From sequence record NC_015251.1: a stretch of 64,000 bases of DNA; one strand, given 5' to 3'. Each line of letters begins with the position of its first letter. Within the stretch, counting starts at the first letter, position 1. Below the pieces are notes generated by a model. It was not told the DNA's origin and made no database searches. It saw only the letters and a program-made list of their open reading frames with translations. Of this stretch, positions 20,905-32,512 are shown one piece after another. The position numbers were made by a program, and so were the translations under genes.

Positions 20905-22080
20905 TCAACTTCTCCATTTAACAGGAACATAAAGTTCTGGATACTTACAAACTACCTCTACAATCTGATCGACTGTAACAGAGCCACTTTGAAACATCTT
21001 CATCGCGATACCGAAATATTGACGATCTTCCTTGAAAGCATCCTGCATTGCGATTGCGAAATCTTTACGCTCCCGACCTTCAACCTTTTTATACTCGGCT
21101 TTCAGTTTAGCCAAGGTATTACTGATTTCACTAACAACGTGATCCTCAAATTCGCGGATCTTTGTTAGAGATAACGTATCGTCAATAAATAGCTGACGAA
21201 GGTCATCAGACGTACCATTTGCAACTGCGCAAACCAGATCCTTATTGTTGGTGATAGAATCCTTGGTCTTGTGAAGCAAGCAATATGCATGAGTCTTTAC
21301 CTTCACGCGAGAACCGTCCTTGAATACAAGCACATACCCCTCGATACCAGTCTCTTCATACATCGATTTAACGCGAGTCTCAACGTCAGTATCCTCAGAA
21401 AACATGAACTGATCTACGGAATACTTTCGGAACACAGGGATACGAACCAGATCTGAATTTGGATAATACTCACCGGATTCACGATTGCGAACGTTCAGGA
21501 TCTTCAAACTCTCTTCTTCGTAAGCAATAACGATTTGATTCTTTGGACTGCACCACTCAAGGTTAACTGTATATCCAGCGTCTTCGCAATCTTGAATAAA
21601 ATTCAAAAGGTCTTCGTGATTATACAACCAACGATTTGCATCATTCGCCTGATCACTATGAAGAGACGTTTTGCTTTTCAGCATATAGTTAACACGGTCT
21701 GATTCTGGGTCTTTGAAGCTATAAGAACTCATCAGACTACCATCTGCTTTATCTTCGTAGCGGTCGATTTGGTCATATTCCAGAACCGGTTTATTCAGGC
21801 TGGAATATTCACAATCTGTCAAATTCCACGCTGTACGTTCTGCCAGATTGAAAAACTTCTCCATGGGACGGGACGCGATCCGTACAGGTTCCCCGTTTTC
21901 CATTTCAAACATGATACCACGACACTCAAGCGCGTCTGGCTGCATCCATGAGGTAAGCCCTGCGATGTGGTATGAGAACACCCGCATATGGTTACCAAAT
22001 GACGTATATTGGTCTTTGAAGAAGAAATTACCTTCACCATTATTGCATAGGTTTACTAAGTTATTATACAGATTTTTCAT
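20905..22080 (-). CDS. rnlA: T4-like RNA ligase 1
   Basis: ECRGIMF, RPMEKFFN, motif I KADGSL, NLEW, EGYV and KVKT. Confidence 0.95.
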   Translation of the reverse strand: MKNLYNNLVNLCNNGEGNFFFKDQYTSFGNHMRVFSYHIAGLTSWMQPDALECRGIMFEMENGEPVRIASRPMEKFFNLAERTAWNLTDCEYSSLNKPVLEYDQIDRYEDKADGSLMSSYSFKDPESDRVNYMLKSKTSLHSDQANDANRWLYNHEDLLNFIQDCEDAGYTVNLEWCSPKNQIVIAYEEESLKILNVRNRESGEYYPNSDLVRIPVFRKYSVDQFMFSEDTDVETRVKSMYEETGIEGYVLVFKDGSRVKVKTHAYCLLHKTKDSITNNKDLVCAVANGTSDDLRQLFIDDTLSLTKIREFEDHVVSEISNTLAKLKAEYKKVEGRERKDFAIAMQDAFKEDRQYFGIAMKMFQSGSVTVDQIVEVVCKYPELYVPVKWRS

Positions 22081-23372
22081 TTTCTAATGCCCATTTTGGG
22101 GGAATAGGATTCATCCTAATCACTGAATTTTTAGGTATAGTTTGTTTAAACTTAACTATATTTCGGTTTATATTTACTTTTGGTCGCAACTTAGAAGCCG
22201 AACACATCAGCATAGTCCCAAATTGATAAATTTGCAGTCTTTTACTTCCTGCTCGGTCATTTCGAACTCGTAATATCCATTAATCTTATGGCGAGTCATA
22301 CGAGTCATCATTTCAGCAACCCGAGATAGAACACCAGTAATAAGTTCTAGATGTTCAACATCCAATTCATTCATTTTAATTTTCATTATATATACCCCAA
22401 AACAATTTCCGGATCCATTTTTGACAATAGATTTTCAGTTCCAAAATGGTCAATAACATCTTGGATTGTAAAGTGATCCAGTATATTGTCGTCTCCGAAA
22501 TATCGGACAATTTCACGAATTCCCAATTCGTCTAGAATCGGTTCCGGATCCATTCCCTCTACGGTAATATATACATTCGAATTATTACAATATCTGCCAG
22601 TAATTTCTATAACGCTGGCTACAGTTTCAACATTAACAGTCTGCATTATGCAAATCTCCGCAGTGTTTTAAATTCGTCTTCTGGGATTTCGATATGTTAA
22701 TGACTCCATACAACATAGCATTTACAATATTTTCAAAGAAATCCGTATCTTCTGGGGTTTGTTCACCGCTGTTGATACGGCTCTCCAACCAAGATGCAGA
22801 AACCCATTCTTTAAGCTCTTTAATATTAACTTGATATTTCATGTTTATTCCTTATACGATTTAATAAAATTCAAAATCTCTTGACAAATTTCGTGCTGAA
22901 ATTCTGCATTTGGATAATATCCATCAAATTCACACAAATCGAAATTAGTTTCTTTCCATGGCAATTCAAAAGCCCAACTAATCATACCTTTTTGAATACC
23001 GCACGATACATAGAAATGATATTTTCCATCATAACACCGAACTTCTCTCAGATAATTCATAAATTCTTCTGGGGTTACTTCATACCATTCTGTTACTATT
23101 TTCTCTCTCGGGAATCGAATCATGATTTGACCTCTTGATATTCGGTATCGTAGTATTCATTCAGAACAGTAACAAATTTCAAATCTTTATGTTTATTTTT
23201 CAACTCTCGATACATCTGACCGATAATGTCAGATTTACCCATACGGTTAGGTGCCCCAAGAATTCCAAGATAATCAACAACTTCCCCCAGCGGAAGTCCA
23301 TCAACAGATGGCGCTGGAAATCGATACATATTACAAACATCCATATCTACAAAAGGTTTCATAATAAATTCC

Positions 23373-23675
23373 TCATATATCAAATAATTTATCGAGTGAC
23401 GGTTCAAAAAGCTTGTTGACAACGTATGCTAAAACATCACCGTGACATGGTTTAGGTTTACAGCAACATCCTAATCGTTTTCCTTCAAGCTCTTTGAAGT
23501 CTTCACGGGTAAGATTACCCGTTCTGATCTGTTCTGTCAACCAAATTTTATACTTTCCTAAAACTATCTGACGGTCTTCTTCTTGTCTAAGTGGGAATGG
23601 ATTTCCCCACTTAGACGGACGCATAATAGGTATGTCACACGGTTCACTATTGAGGTTAACAGCTCGACAAGTCAT
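23373..23675 (-). CDS. DUF4326 domain protein
   Basis: RPSKWGNPF...ELEGKRLGCCCKPKPCHGDVL. Confidence 0.9.
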   Translation of the reverse strand: MTCRAVNLNSEPCDIPIMRPSKWGNPFPLRQEEDRQIVLGKYKIWLTEQIRTGNLTREDFKELEGKRLGCCCKPKPCHGDVLAYVVNKLFEPSLDKLFDI

Positions 23676-24040
23676 TTAATAGTGAAAGTACCTTGTTTTC
23701 CGCATTCGATTGCGTCCAACATGCGTTGATTAAATGGTGGCGGATTGTCAATCAGATCCATCAACATATCCCAAGAATTCGGAGACAGAGAAACTACCTC
23801 GATTAGGTCGGCCTCGTCAGATGGATAACAGTTATCATGATCGTTATCCCACAAGACCCAAACCCACGGATCTTTCTTATCTTCGGGCCAATCTTCATTC
23901 CTATAATCTGGGATTGGTATAACTGTTCCGCTAACCCCAACCGGATTTGTTGGGTCTGTACCTGTATATGCGTATTTACTTTTTGGGTTCAGAATTACCC
24001 TTTGACCAATAGCCATATCTTTATTCATTTTTCTTCCCAC
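23672..24040 (-). CDS. SH3-like domain plus a C-terminal DUF1778 (AtaR/TacA antitoxin)-like peptide
   Basis: IGQRVIL...GTVI...VWVLWDN; C-terminus LSPNSWDMLMDLIDNPPPFNQRMLDAI. Confidence 0.6.
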   Translation of the reverse strand: MGRKMNKDMAIGQRVILNPKSKYAYTGTDPTNPVGVSGTVIPIPDYRNEDWPEDKKDPWVWVLWDNDHDNCYPSDEADLIEVVSLSPNSWDMLMDLIDNPPPFNQRMLDAIECGKQGTFTIK

Positions 24041-24410
24041 TATGAAATGTTACGTTTGCAAGATTCTCAATCAACTCTCCGCATACACTTCGATTTCATG
24101 AGGTTCATCATTTATGACGATAGTATGACGCAATTGACCAAAGTAATCAACAATACCACAGATCCGGTTTTCATTTACATTATATAGAATAATTTCCCAA
24201 CGCTCAAACCCAAACATACTCGGGTCCCCGTATGTATTGAAATTTACCTCTGTATGGGTATATCCTAGCTGGTCTGCAATATTACGCAATACGTATTCTT
24301 CTTGGTCCACAGTCAAGTTATCGTTTTCAATATACATGGTAGTTGTACCACCATCCCCATCCTCAAACCCTTCGAAGTCATCCCAAATATTAACATAAAT
24401 CTTTTTCATA

Positions 24411-24779
24411 TCATTCACCATTAAAATGAACATTCCAGATTGGGCGATATTCCCGAATCAACTTTTGTTCTTCTATATCCAACATCATACTAGATGATCT
24501 CTTAACATACAACCACAAATTTCCATTTTTCATGGTATTAACCATCTTAAGGTTTTTGTCTATGTTAGATCGCTTTGCATTACGCCAATTCACACAGTTT
24601 CGATAAGTATCAAACCGTTTCCAAAGGTCGTTAGCTTTGCCTATATAAAGGACTTTCGTCCCTTTTACAAATGCATAAACCACGTTCTGGTAAAATGTCG
24701 GTATAAGAAATTCGCGAGAGATTAAGCCATTTTCATCCAATCCTAATTTTGAGATCTTTTTAAATCCATCAAGCTTCAT
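24411..24779 (-). CDS. denA: Endonuclease II (GIY-YIG)
   Basis: NVVYAF...VLYIGKA..L.KR..YR...EEQKLIREYRPIWN matches the recalled T4 EndoII pattern; upstream of rnlA. Confidence 0.8.
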   Translation of the reverse strand: MKLDGFKKISKLGLDENGLISREFLIPTFYQNVVYAFVKGTKVLYIGKANDLWKRFDTYRNCVNWRNAKRSNIDKNLKMVNTMKNGNLWLYVKRSSSMMLDIEEQKLIREYRPIWNVHFNGE

Positions 24780-25827
24780 CGATCTCCCTCTTTTTTGATC
24801 GACTTACAATTTTATATCTGGCAAATTCATAATTAGCGCAACAAATAAAAATTTGAAAAATCTGATTCCTAAGTTTGTTACTGTAAGGAATATCTTTATA
24901 TCGGTCTGGATATACGTTGAAACGAAAACAATATACGTTGTGTAGTCGTTGTAGGAATGACTCATTGGTACACATAGTATAAAGTAGGTCTGCGAAAAAT
25001 TGTCCCGATTCTTTTGGAAGATGTTTATCGTAATCATCAATCCATTCTTTAATAACTTCGGAGATTAAATTTCCAAGTTGTGTTCCGTGGTCGGTTTGTA
25101 CACCGTAATCATCAATATAATTCATTATTTTAAAACTCCAATATTTTTTTTCGACTTTAGGATCCGACTAGCTCTCATTAACCTGTTGGTTGACGCTGAT
25201 TCAGATATACAACCAATAACCATATCTCTTACTTGAAGTTCGATAAGAACCAGTTCATCGATGGTAAAATCTACTTTGTATTTTTCTACATACCGTTGAA
25301 TAACATCAGTGTAAATCTGGTTATTTGTTACGATATAACTAAGACTAAGTAATTCAGATAAAAACAGATTAACATCATCCTCTTTATATATATTTTTATT
25401 ATTATATTTTTCATTGATGTAGTTTTCGATGATTATTAACATGTTAACCCCATGTTCATTCCATCTACCGTTTTCATTATAAAAATAAAACATAAATATA
25501 TTTCCTATTTCAAACGTAAATCTAACCGATTGTAAGAAGACCACATGATAACTTCAGAAGCGAGAATTTCATATGCCTCACTGTAATAAGTTGGCTCGTA
25601 TATTTCTACACAACTTTTGTTTTCGTGTATATTGATAACTTTGTACAAATGGTGTGGTTGCTTTAAAATATCAGATATAATACGACCGATTTTATATAAA
25701 ATTTCATCATCCTGAGATGTACTAAATTGGTATTGTAATTCCGCATATTCTTTAATGTATGAACTACAAACCGCCATCAATTCACCAGCTTTTTCGTTGT
25801 AAGAAAAATCGGCTTGGTCACTAAAAA

Positions 25828-26304
25828 TCATTTCATCATCCTTATGGCTTCTTGTGCCTTTTCTTGTGTCAAACCATCTCGTTCAATTTTTACTAAATGT
25901 GGATGGTCGTAATGGAGATCGTCAATAATGACATACTTATCAACTCCACGTTCTTCGGCGTATTTTTGTGCGCAAGTGAATCTAGATTCACCTCCACCAG
26001 TGTAATCGATAACCCCATCGATAGTCAATCCCGTCAATCGCTCAAAATGGATCACCCCTTCACAGTTCAGTTCACCACCCCGAAACCAAGAGCTGATACC
26101 AATCAATTTAATGTCATCATAAGCTCTGAGAACATCATACAGATTGTTTAGCATATGAGGGCATATAAGGTATATGATCCCACCGAAAACCTCGTATACA
26201 ACGTTGTATGATGTATCTGAAGGTAATCTAGACCCATCATGAACACACATATTCGTATCGTAATTATTCAAGGGGCCATCAACGTCTAAGAAAACATATC
26301 TCAT
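25828..26304 (-). CDS. HAD-family phosphatase (Swiss-Army-Knife RNA-repair type)
   Basis: VFLDVDGPLN, IGISSW, YVIIDD...GLT. Confidence 0.8.
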   Translation of the reverse strand: MRYVFLDVDGPLNNYDTNMCVHDGSRLPSDTSYNVVYEVFGGIIYLICPHMLNNLYDVLRAYDDIKLIGISSWFRGGELNCEGVIHFERLTGLTIDGVIDYTGGGESRFTCAQKYAEERGVDKYVIIDDLHYDHPHLVKIERDGLTQEKAQEAIRMMK

Positions 26305-27038
26305 ATCTGTTTTTCTTTCTTACATCTAGATTTCATTAGATAGTCCCACCTTGAGTAAGATATAGAATCTCTTCGGTATTCAACTTACTGCGAATAGATT
26401 CTATTTTTCTCTTTTTGTAAGAATATCATTCCCAATCATTTTCATTAGATACCTATCCGGATTTGGTCGGATACATTGAATGATAGTTTTCCAAGATCCC
26501 GCATGAATACCGGTTATGGTTTTCAATTGATTTTGTGAAGGGATATATGTAAATCCACTATAATCTTTAGCGAGTTGACATGCAAGTGTTGGGTTGTCGG
26601 AATACATAATAGTATCCGAGTGCCCGTGCCCTGCTCGATATATTTGATGTACGTTGGTACGAATTTCTATAGTGGCACCATTATGTTTCTTCATAATTTT
26701 ATTCCTCATCATCAAAAATTGGTTCTACAATAACAGATTTACCGTATTCAGTACACCCATCATGAGTGCTATATACCATACTAATGAGATTGCGGTTTAT
26801 CCATTCGGTTTTTTGTTCCGTGGTACAAATTCCCCAAGACTCCATTAAACCTCCCGGATAGCAGTTTTGGAAGTGATAAACCTCAACAGGTTTCTTATAC
26901 TTGTTTTCCATATAGGAAATTGCGATATCTACCGCAGAACGGTCATGACGGTTTGAAAAAATCCAGTTTTCTACATCACCTGAAGTAGGGTTAAGGGCAA
27001 CTACCAATGTTACAGTATTTTCCATGGGATTCTCCTTT

Positions 27039-27093
27039 GTTTCAATACAGACAAGATACAGGAAAGCCCTAACCGTGTCAACAGCTAGGGCTT
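27039..27093 (-). promoter_or_regulatory. td terminator overlapping an early promoter with +1 ATTGAAAC
   Basis: AAGCCCTA...TAGGGCTT hairpin contains TTGACA; then 17 bp-TATCTT-6-ATTGAAAC. Confidence 0.75.
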
Positions 27094-27097
27094 AAAA

Positions 27098-28039
27098 TTA
27101 TGAAGCGAACGGAATATCAAGCTTTCCGTTATGATGATAACCATCTAATGTTACGATATCGTAAACACCGTTTGAATCATCCAAAACATAACACAGGTCT
27201 ACACATTTATCATCGAAAACCAAACTCGGGTTGTTCATAGTATGAGGGACCCGATTTAGGAACTCTTCACACGATTCAAACTGATTTTCATAAATGTGAA
27301 TATTGTTCATAACGTGGGTTACTTTCCCAATCTTATGTCCGGTGATACGTGCCATCAATTCAAGGAAGAACCAAGCTTGAAGCATGTTAGCAGGACCCCC
27401 TAGAAGGATATCAGTGCTGCGCTGGTAAGATGTTAGGTGAAGGGTATCACCAATCAGTTGGAACTGATGCATCATCATACAAGGACGTAGACACCCTTCA
27501 TCGAATCTAGACGGATCCCAGAATGTAATAATCTCACCACGATTATCAATCCCCTTTTGTAAATCCTCATATACGTCCCAAAGAAGGTCATATTGACCAC
27601 CTTTGGCACCAAAATCCCGAGCAATAGAACCATATACATTACCCATATCATCCTCACCTTTTCGGTTTGGATTAATCAGCCATGCTTTGGTTTCATTTGC
27701 GTTAGCGTCCCATGTACGAGTACCAAGATCCCTAAACTGTTTTGCACTGGTATAACCACGAAGATAACCAATAAATTCCGCAATGAACATTTTAAAGAAT
27801 ACTTGTTTATGGGAAATCATAGGACAACGATCATATACCATTACGTGGGTCGGAATTGTACGACACACGAAACCGGTACGTTTATTGAAAATGTCAGTAC
27901 CGTGATTATAAACATAATGAACCAGATTATAATATTCGTCTTCGAATATATTCCGTTTTTTTAACTGGTCGATGATATCTTTATTGATCTCTTCTGTCAG
28001 AAGTTTGTGATAATATTCTGTAAACGTGATATTTTTCAT
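27098..28039 (-). CDS. td: Thymidylate synthase (no intron)
   Basis: RTGF, WDANA, MGNVYG, LRPCM (catalytic Cys), YQRSTD...N, NIHIYENQ. Confidence 0.97.
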   Translation of the reverse strand: MKNITFTEYYHKLLTEEINKDIIDQLKKRNIFEDEYYNLVHYVYNHGTDIFNKRTGFVCRTIPTHVMVYDRCPMISHKQVFFKMFIAEFIGYLRGYTSAKQFRDLGTRTWDANANETKAWLINPNRKGEDDMGNVYGSIARDFGAKGGQYDLLWDVYEDLQKGIDNRGEIITFWDPSRFDEGCLRPCMMMHQFQLIGDTLHLTSYQRSTDILLGGPANMLQAWFFLELMARITGHKIGKVTHVMNNIHIYENQFESCEEFLNRVPHTMNNPSLVFDDKCVDLCYVLDDSNGVYDIVTLDGYHHNGKLDIPFAS

Positions 28040-28338
28040 CGGAACACGATCCCAGATTCTGATGCCTGATAACCCCCACCAAGCTCTGTAGACGCACGTT
28101 TAACAACATCAAACTGCAAACACAGTTCTTGATATGCAAGTTGTATCTGAGTAATAGCCTCTCGTTGTTCTTCCAACATCTCAGCATGACTTTTAATAGT
28201 TTGTTCGTGCATACGAATCGTCTCTTTTTGATGTTCAGATTGATCAAAAAGTTTATCTATCATGAAGTTAATAAGTTGAATTGTTTCATCAAGAGTAAGA
28301 TCTTCTGGGGATTTATCCAATAGCTGTTCGATATTCAT
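28036..28338 (-). CDS. Coiled-coil hypothetical protein between frd and td
   Basis: 100-aa ORF with heptad character; overlaps the td start. Confidence 0.6.
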   Translation of the reverse strand: MNIEQLLDKSPEDLTLDETIQLINFMIDKLFDQSEHQKETIRMHEQTIKSHAEMLEEQREAITQIQLAYQELCLQFDVVKRASTELGGGYQASESGIVFR

Positions 28339-28341
28339 TTA

Positions 28342-28867
28342 TTATCCTTTTACAAAATGGGTATATACTACGTTCAGTCCTTCGCGAGTAGTCAATGCAG
28401 CGCAATCTATCATATCAAATTCTGATGGAATTCGCTTTGTGAACTGACTATCTAGAAGAACGTCACAGTGTTCTGCTGGCGGCATAGATCCGCATTTTAC
28501 AACGGTCATATGGACTTCATCAGCTCGGTCGATAAAATGATATAGAAGGGACGGACCACCGATAATGCAGAAATCCGCATGTGGGCTTTCATCCATCATT
28601 TTTTCCAAAAGTTCTAGATCATCAAAGATCAAATCCGGAGCTTCTAGATTTTCATTTACTACGTCAGGACTAGATGATACCACGATATGGAATCTGTTGT
28701 GAAGTCGCTTAGGTAGGGATTCAAAAGTTCCGCGGCCCATAACAACGGTTTTGTTAATTGTTACATCACGAAACTTGTTCATATCTTCTTTGATGTGGGG
28801 CCACGGCATAGAGCCACAATGCCCCGAATTGAAGCTGTTCACCTACTGCAAATACGAGAGAGATCAT
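28342..28867 (-). CDS. frd: Dihydrofolate reductase (1-nt insertion near 28826)
   Basis: MISLVFAVGEQLQFG in one frame joins MPWPHIKEDM..F, VVMGRGTFESLP, IIGG in the next. Confidence 0.95.
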
Positions 28868-30222
28868 TAAAATTATTCCTGAATACGTACATTCATAACA
28901 AGAGAAATGGATTGTGCAAATAGCTTATCATCTGGGTTTTTATGTAGTATTTTGATTCCACACAAACAAACAGATTCCCAAGCTAAACACGTATGATGTT
29001 TTCCATCAACCCCAATACATGGGAGATAACATTCTTCGTTTTCTTCCATTTTATACATCCAAAAAATAGAAATATTTTTGTTCTACTAATGGAATAGAAA
29101 TTTTTTGAATACCATCTCGGGTAATTGAATATACTATGTCAGTAACCCAACTAAAATCATTCAAACTATGGGTTACTGTAATAACATCCTTTTGATGGAG
29201 AATATCAATCAATTCGAGTTGAATATCATTTGTTCCGAAAATAGTTTTATATTCTTCGAACCTATGTTCTTTAAATTTAATTTTCATAGTTTTTCCAATT
29301 ATGGGGTAAGTTCTTCATTTACAAAATCACGATGGAACAGATACACCAACGGATAATGAGTAACATAGTTGTCACATTTGAATCCGAAATAAATATTATC
29401 ACGGCTTACAGTTTCATCTACAATTTCCATTGAATATTTTTTACCATCTTCAATGTAAACCAAAGACCAATATTTCCCGTCTTCGTTATAATGGGTGTTC
29501 CATTGGAAATCAGAATAATTCCGATCATATTTTACATTAGTCAATACCCGTTCACTGTCGGCATATACATAGTTTAGTTTCATTTATTCCACCTCGACTA
29601 ATGCTTGTTCTACCATCTCAAAATATTGTGTTTGATTATATGGTCCTTCTAATTGAAGGATTGAATTATACGGTTCCCCATTATCATTCAGACTAATATC
29701 GTATGAATGTACACCGATCCAACTAACGTTGCTAATTTCTATTACATCACCAACATCAACAATATGGCGGCTAGATACCGGTTTAACAATCTTATAACGC
29801 TTTCCTGCTTCAATCATAATTATATTCCTCATAAGATTTGCGAATACGAACAGAGATTTTTGCTTTGACCCCGTAAGGCCCGCCATGATGTTCCCTCCAC
29901 CAGTCTCGGGCTTCTTTCATTGCATCAGAACGGTTACACCACCGTTCTAGATGTACTTCAAACGACTCACCTTTTGTAATTGCAGCATATCCATAAGTAG
30001 ACATTTCCGGTGTAAACTTTGCAACCCACTTATGATTCTTGTTCGATGGTTTTGTCTTTTTCTTTATACCCAAAGCGGATTCTACTTTAGACAGATTACC
30101 ACGTACCATCTCACCATTTATGATTGCATAAAAGTTGCCATCATTCAGTGTTCCTATTCTTTCATCTAACATCAAGTAAGAACCATCGTTCATTTGAGTT
30201 TTGATAAGCATGATAATCTCCT

Positions 30223-30265
30223 GTTTCGATATCAGTAATGTACATCAATCCAAGGTCTAGATCAA
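30223..30265 (-). promoter_or_regulatory. Early promoter with +1 ATCGAAAC
   Basis: TTGATC-17-TACATT-6-ATCGAAAC-AGGAG. Confidence 0.75.
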
Positions 30266-30497
30266 CTAGTTTTTTGGATTAACTACCACATACAACCAAA
30301 GAGATATAAATTGAAACGCGATTATAATTGGTTCCATACTAACTAATCCTCCTATAAAAATACCAAAGCTAACTAAAAACAAGAACAAACATGTTAAAAA
30401 TTCGGGCATGGTATGTGACTTCAAAAGAAGGGAACCGATTGCAGCCATACTCAAAATAAACAAAACAGTCATCGATACTATAATAAGAACCGGCATG

Positions 30498-30725
30498 TTA
30501 TTCCCCTACAATTTCAAACAAGTACATTTCGTAAGTGGAAATGTAAAAAAATGTTCCTGATATCACAATCCAATATCCATTGTGGTCTGGGTATTCTGGT
30601 TTTTGGTGGACAGAAAATTCACCAAGCCCAACCAAACCCGCGAGCATGAGATTGTGGGGGTCTGTGTACGGAGTCGATTCAACAAACCGGTTCATTGCCT
30701 CTTCTGACTTGAATTTGATAATCAT
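30498..30725 (-). CDS. Hypothetical protein, KFKSEE paralog family
   Basis: MIIKFKSEEAMNRF...EMYLFEIVGE. Confidence 0.7.
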   Translation of the reverse strand: MIIKFKSEEAMNRFVESTPYTDPHNLMLAGLVGLGEFSVHQKPEYPDHNGYWIVISGTFFYISTYEMYLFEIVGE

Positions 30726-30737
30726 AGTAAATCTCCT

Positions 30738-30780
30738 GTTTCGATATGAGTAATATACCTCAAGTTATTACCCAGATCAA
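30738..30780 (-). promoter_or_regulatory. Early promoter with -10 palindrome and +1 ATCGAAAC
   Basis: TTGATC-17-TATATT-6-ATCGAAAC-AGGAG; GTAATA...TATTAC inverted repeat. Confidence 0.75.
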
Positions 30781-31757
30781 CTGATTTTTTGAAAAAGTTC
30801 CAAAACCGCAGATGTTTTTGCTTTTGCCTCAACTTCCACATAACCAACACACGATAGAGCCTTAACCTGTTCTACTACTTTAGGATCATCAATAAAATCG
30901 CTATGGGCACGTATAATTTTATCAGACTCACGACTCTGTGAAGCATGGAAAATCGGAGTCTGATCACCCCACGTAGCAAGTACGCGAGAGAATTTATCGG
31001 AATTTACATTGATATACTCGCCAGTCATAACAAGGTGATGGTGGCAATCGTACAGCATCTTGATGCCGTATTTTTCACAAACATCTAATGTGTTGTCAGT
31101 ATCGCCGGTAAACACCTTACCGGTTTTGTCACTATTCTCAAACGACAACCACGGAATGAGATCTTGATGCAATCCATTATCAAACTCAGGCAGATGGTCG
31201 AGATTACCTTCTAGATGGATATTGATACATGACTTATCTGATGTGGTCAACCGTTCCATAAAATACTTGTGATAATTCAGTGTGGAATATGATTGAGTCC
31301 GTGTCTTTTCTGTAGTTGAGTTAATAACAACAAATTGGTCTGGATGTGTAGTTACTGCAATGTTTTTGGTGTCTATAAGCTTTTTGCATCGACCGAGCAT
31401 TACATCTACAAGCTGTAACATCGAATCATCATAGACACATGACAGGACCGGATGATCAAACAGTGGGAGTAGGTCGGAACTAATCCGCAACATATGACAA
31501 CCAGAAGGCATATTTGAAACAAACATAAGTTGATTATATAAAGCGTTAAGATTCTGCTTTACTTTTGGCATCAACTTTGCTTGAAGTTTAGTCAAGTTTG
31601 ATTTGACCATTTCTTGGGTCAATAAATCCGGATCGTCAATACCGCAGATCTGCAACATACTTTTGCGAGTAACCGTACCCATTTTTGTATCTTTATGGGC
31701 GGTGAATGTGGATTTGGTTTTATCGAAAACCCCAGTCATACATACAGTACCAAGCAT
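30777..31757 (-). CDS. uvsE: UV-damage endonuclease (UVDE)
   Basis: RISSDLLP, THPDQF, FENSDK, YDCHHH, AHSDFI and EVEAKAK. Confidence 0.92.
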   Translation of the reverse strand: MLGTVCMTGVFDKTKSTFTAHKDTKMGTVTRKSMLQICGIDDPDLLTQEMVKSNLTKLQAKLMPKVKQNLNALYNQLMFVSNMPSGCHMLRISSDLLPLFDHPVLSCVYDDSMLQLVDVMLGRCKKLIDTKNIAVTTHPDQFVVINSTTEKTRTQSYSTLNYHKYFMERLTTSDKSCINIHLEGNLDHLPEFDNGLHQDLIPWLSFENSDKTGKVFTGDTDNTLDVCEKYGIKMLYDCHHHLVMTGEYINVNSDKFSRVLATWGDQTPIFHASQSRESDKIIRAHSDFIDDPKVVEQVKALSCVGYVEVEAKAKTSAVLELFQKIS

Positions 31758-31794
31758 AAAATCACCTTTTGTCTAAGTCAGGCAGTATAGTAGC

Positions 31795-31820
31795 AAAAAG
31801 GGCTGACCGAAGTCAACCCT
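31795..31820 (-). terminator. Terminator (TTCG loop) overlapping a TTGACT -35 for uvsE
   Basis: AGGGTTGAC-TTCG-GTCAGCCCT-TTTT, then TACTAT. Confidence 0.8.
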
Positions 31821-32166
31821 TTATTTTTATTCAATACCAGATATGTCACGAAGGTCACTAAAAGACCCACCATCAAGAAGACAGTTTACAATCTTTTTCA
31901 TAGTCGCCTTTGCTTTTGAGTTAATTGGAATGTACCCAACCAAATCATAGTAACCGGAACCATCGAATTCAAGAATCTCAATTTGATTATTATCTTCTTG
32001 AACACAAGTAGTCAAATAATATAAATTGTGTGTTTCGTGATCAACACTTGAGTCTAATAGTTCAACAAAAAGACCGTTACAATTTTCGTCATCACCCCAA
32101 CACACGGTAGTTTCAAACAGGTTTTCGAATTGTTTACTTTGTTCTTTATTCATTTTAGCCATTTTA

Positions 32167-32463
32167 TTATTCCATTACAATTTCAAAGAAAATCATATCA
32201 TTTTCGTGGACAATAAAAGGACAATCATCCAATCCCGAGTGTTCGGTCAATTCTACTCGATCTTTTCTGATATAATAACTACCGGTTTCAAAGTCAAATC
32301 CTACAGAAAAATCTACATCAAATTCATTTAGACCTACAACTTTCACAAATTGTTTTGCATTACTTTGTATAAACTCAATAAACGGACCACCGATATGACT
32401 AAATTTGTTTTTGATTTTCAAATACATATCGATATGTTCTTGGTCTTTAAATTTCATCTTCAT
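32167..32463 (-). CDS. Hypothetical protein, KFKxxE paralog family
   Basis: MKMKFKDQEH...NDMIFFEIVME. Confidence 0.7.
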   Translation of the reverse strand: MKMKFKDQEHIDMYLKIKNKFSHIGGPFIEFIQSNAKQFVKVVGLNEFDVDFSVGFDFETGSYYIRKDRVELTEHSGLDDCPFIVHENDMIFFEIVME

Positions 32464-32512
32464 ATTATTTTCCTTTTAAAAGCCCCAGTTACGGGGCTTG
32501 TTGTTTTTATTA

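Noticed and set aside
27098-28039. Group I intron in td, as in T4
   Set aside because: The ORF is continuous with all TS motifs in frame.
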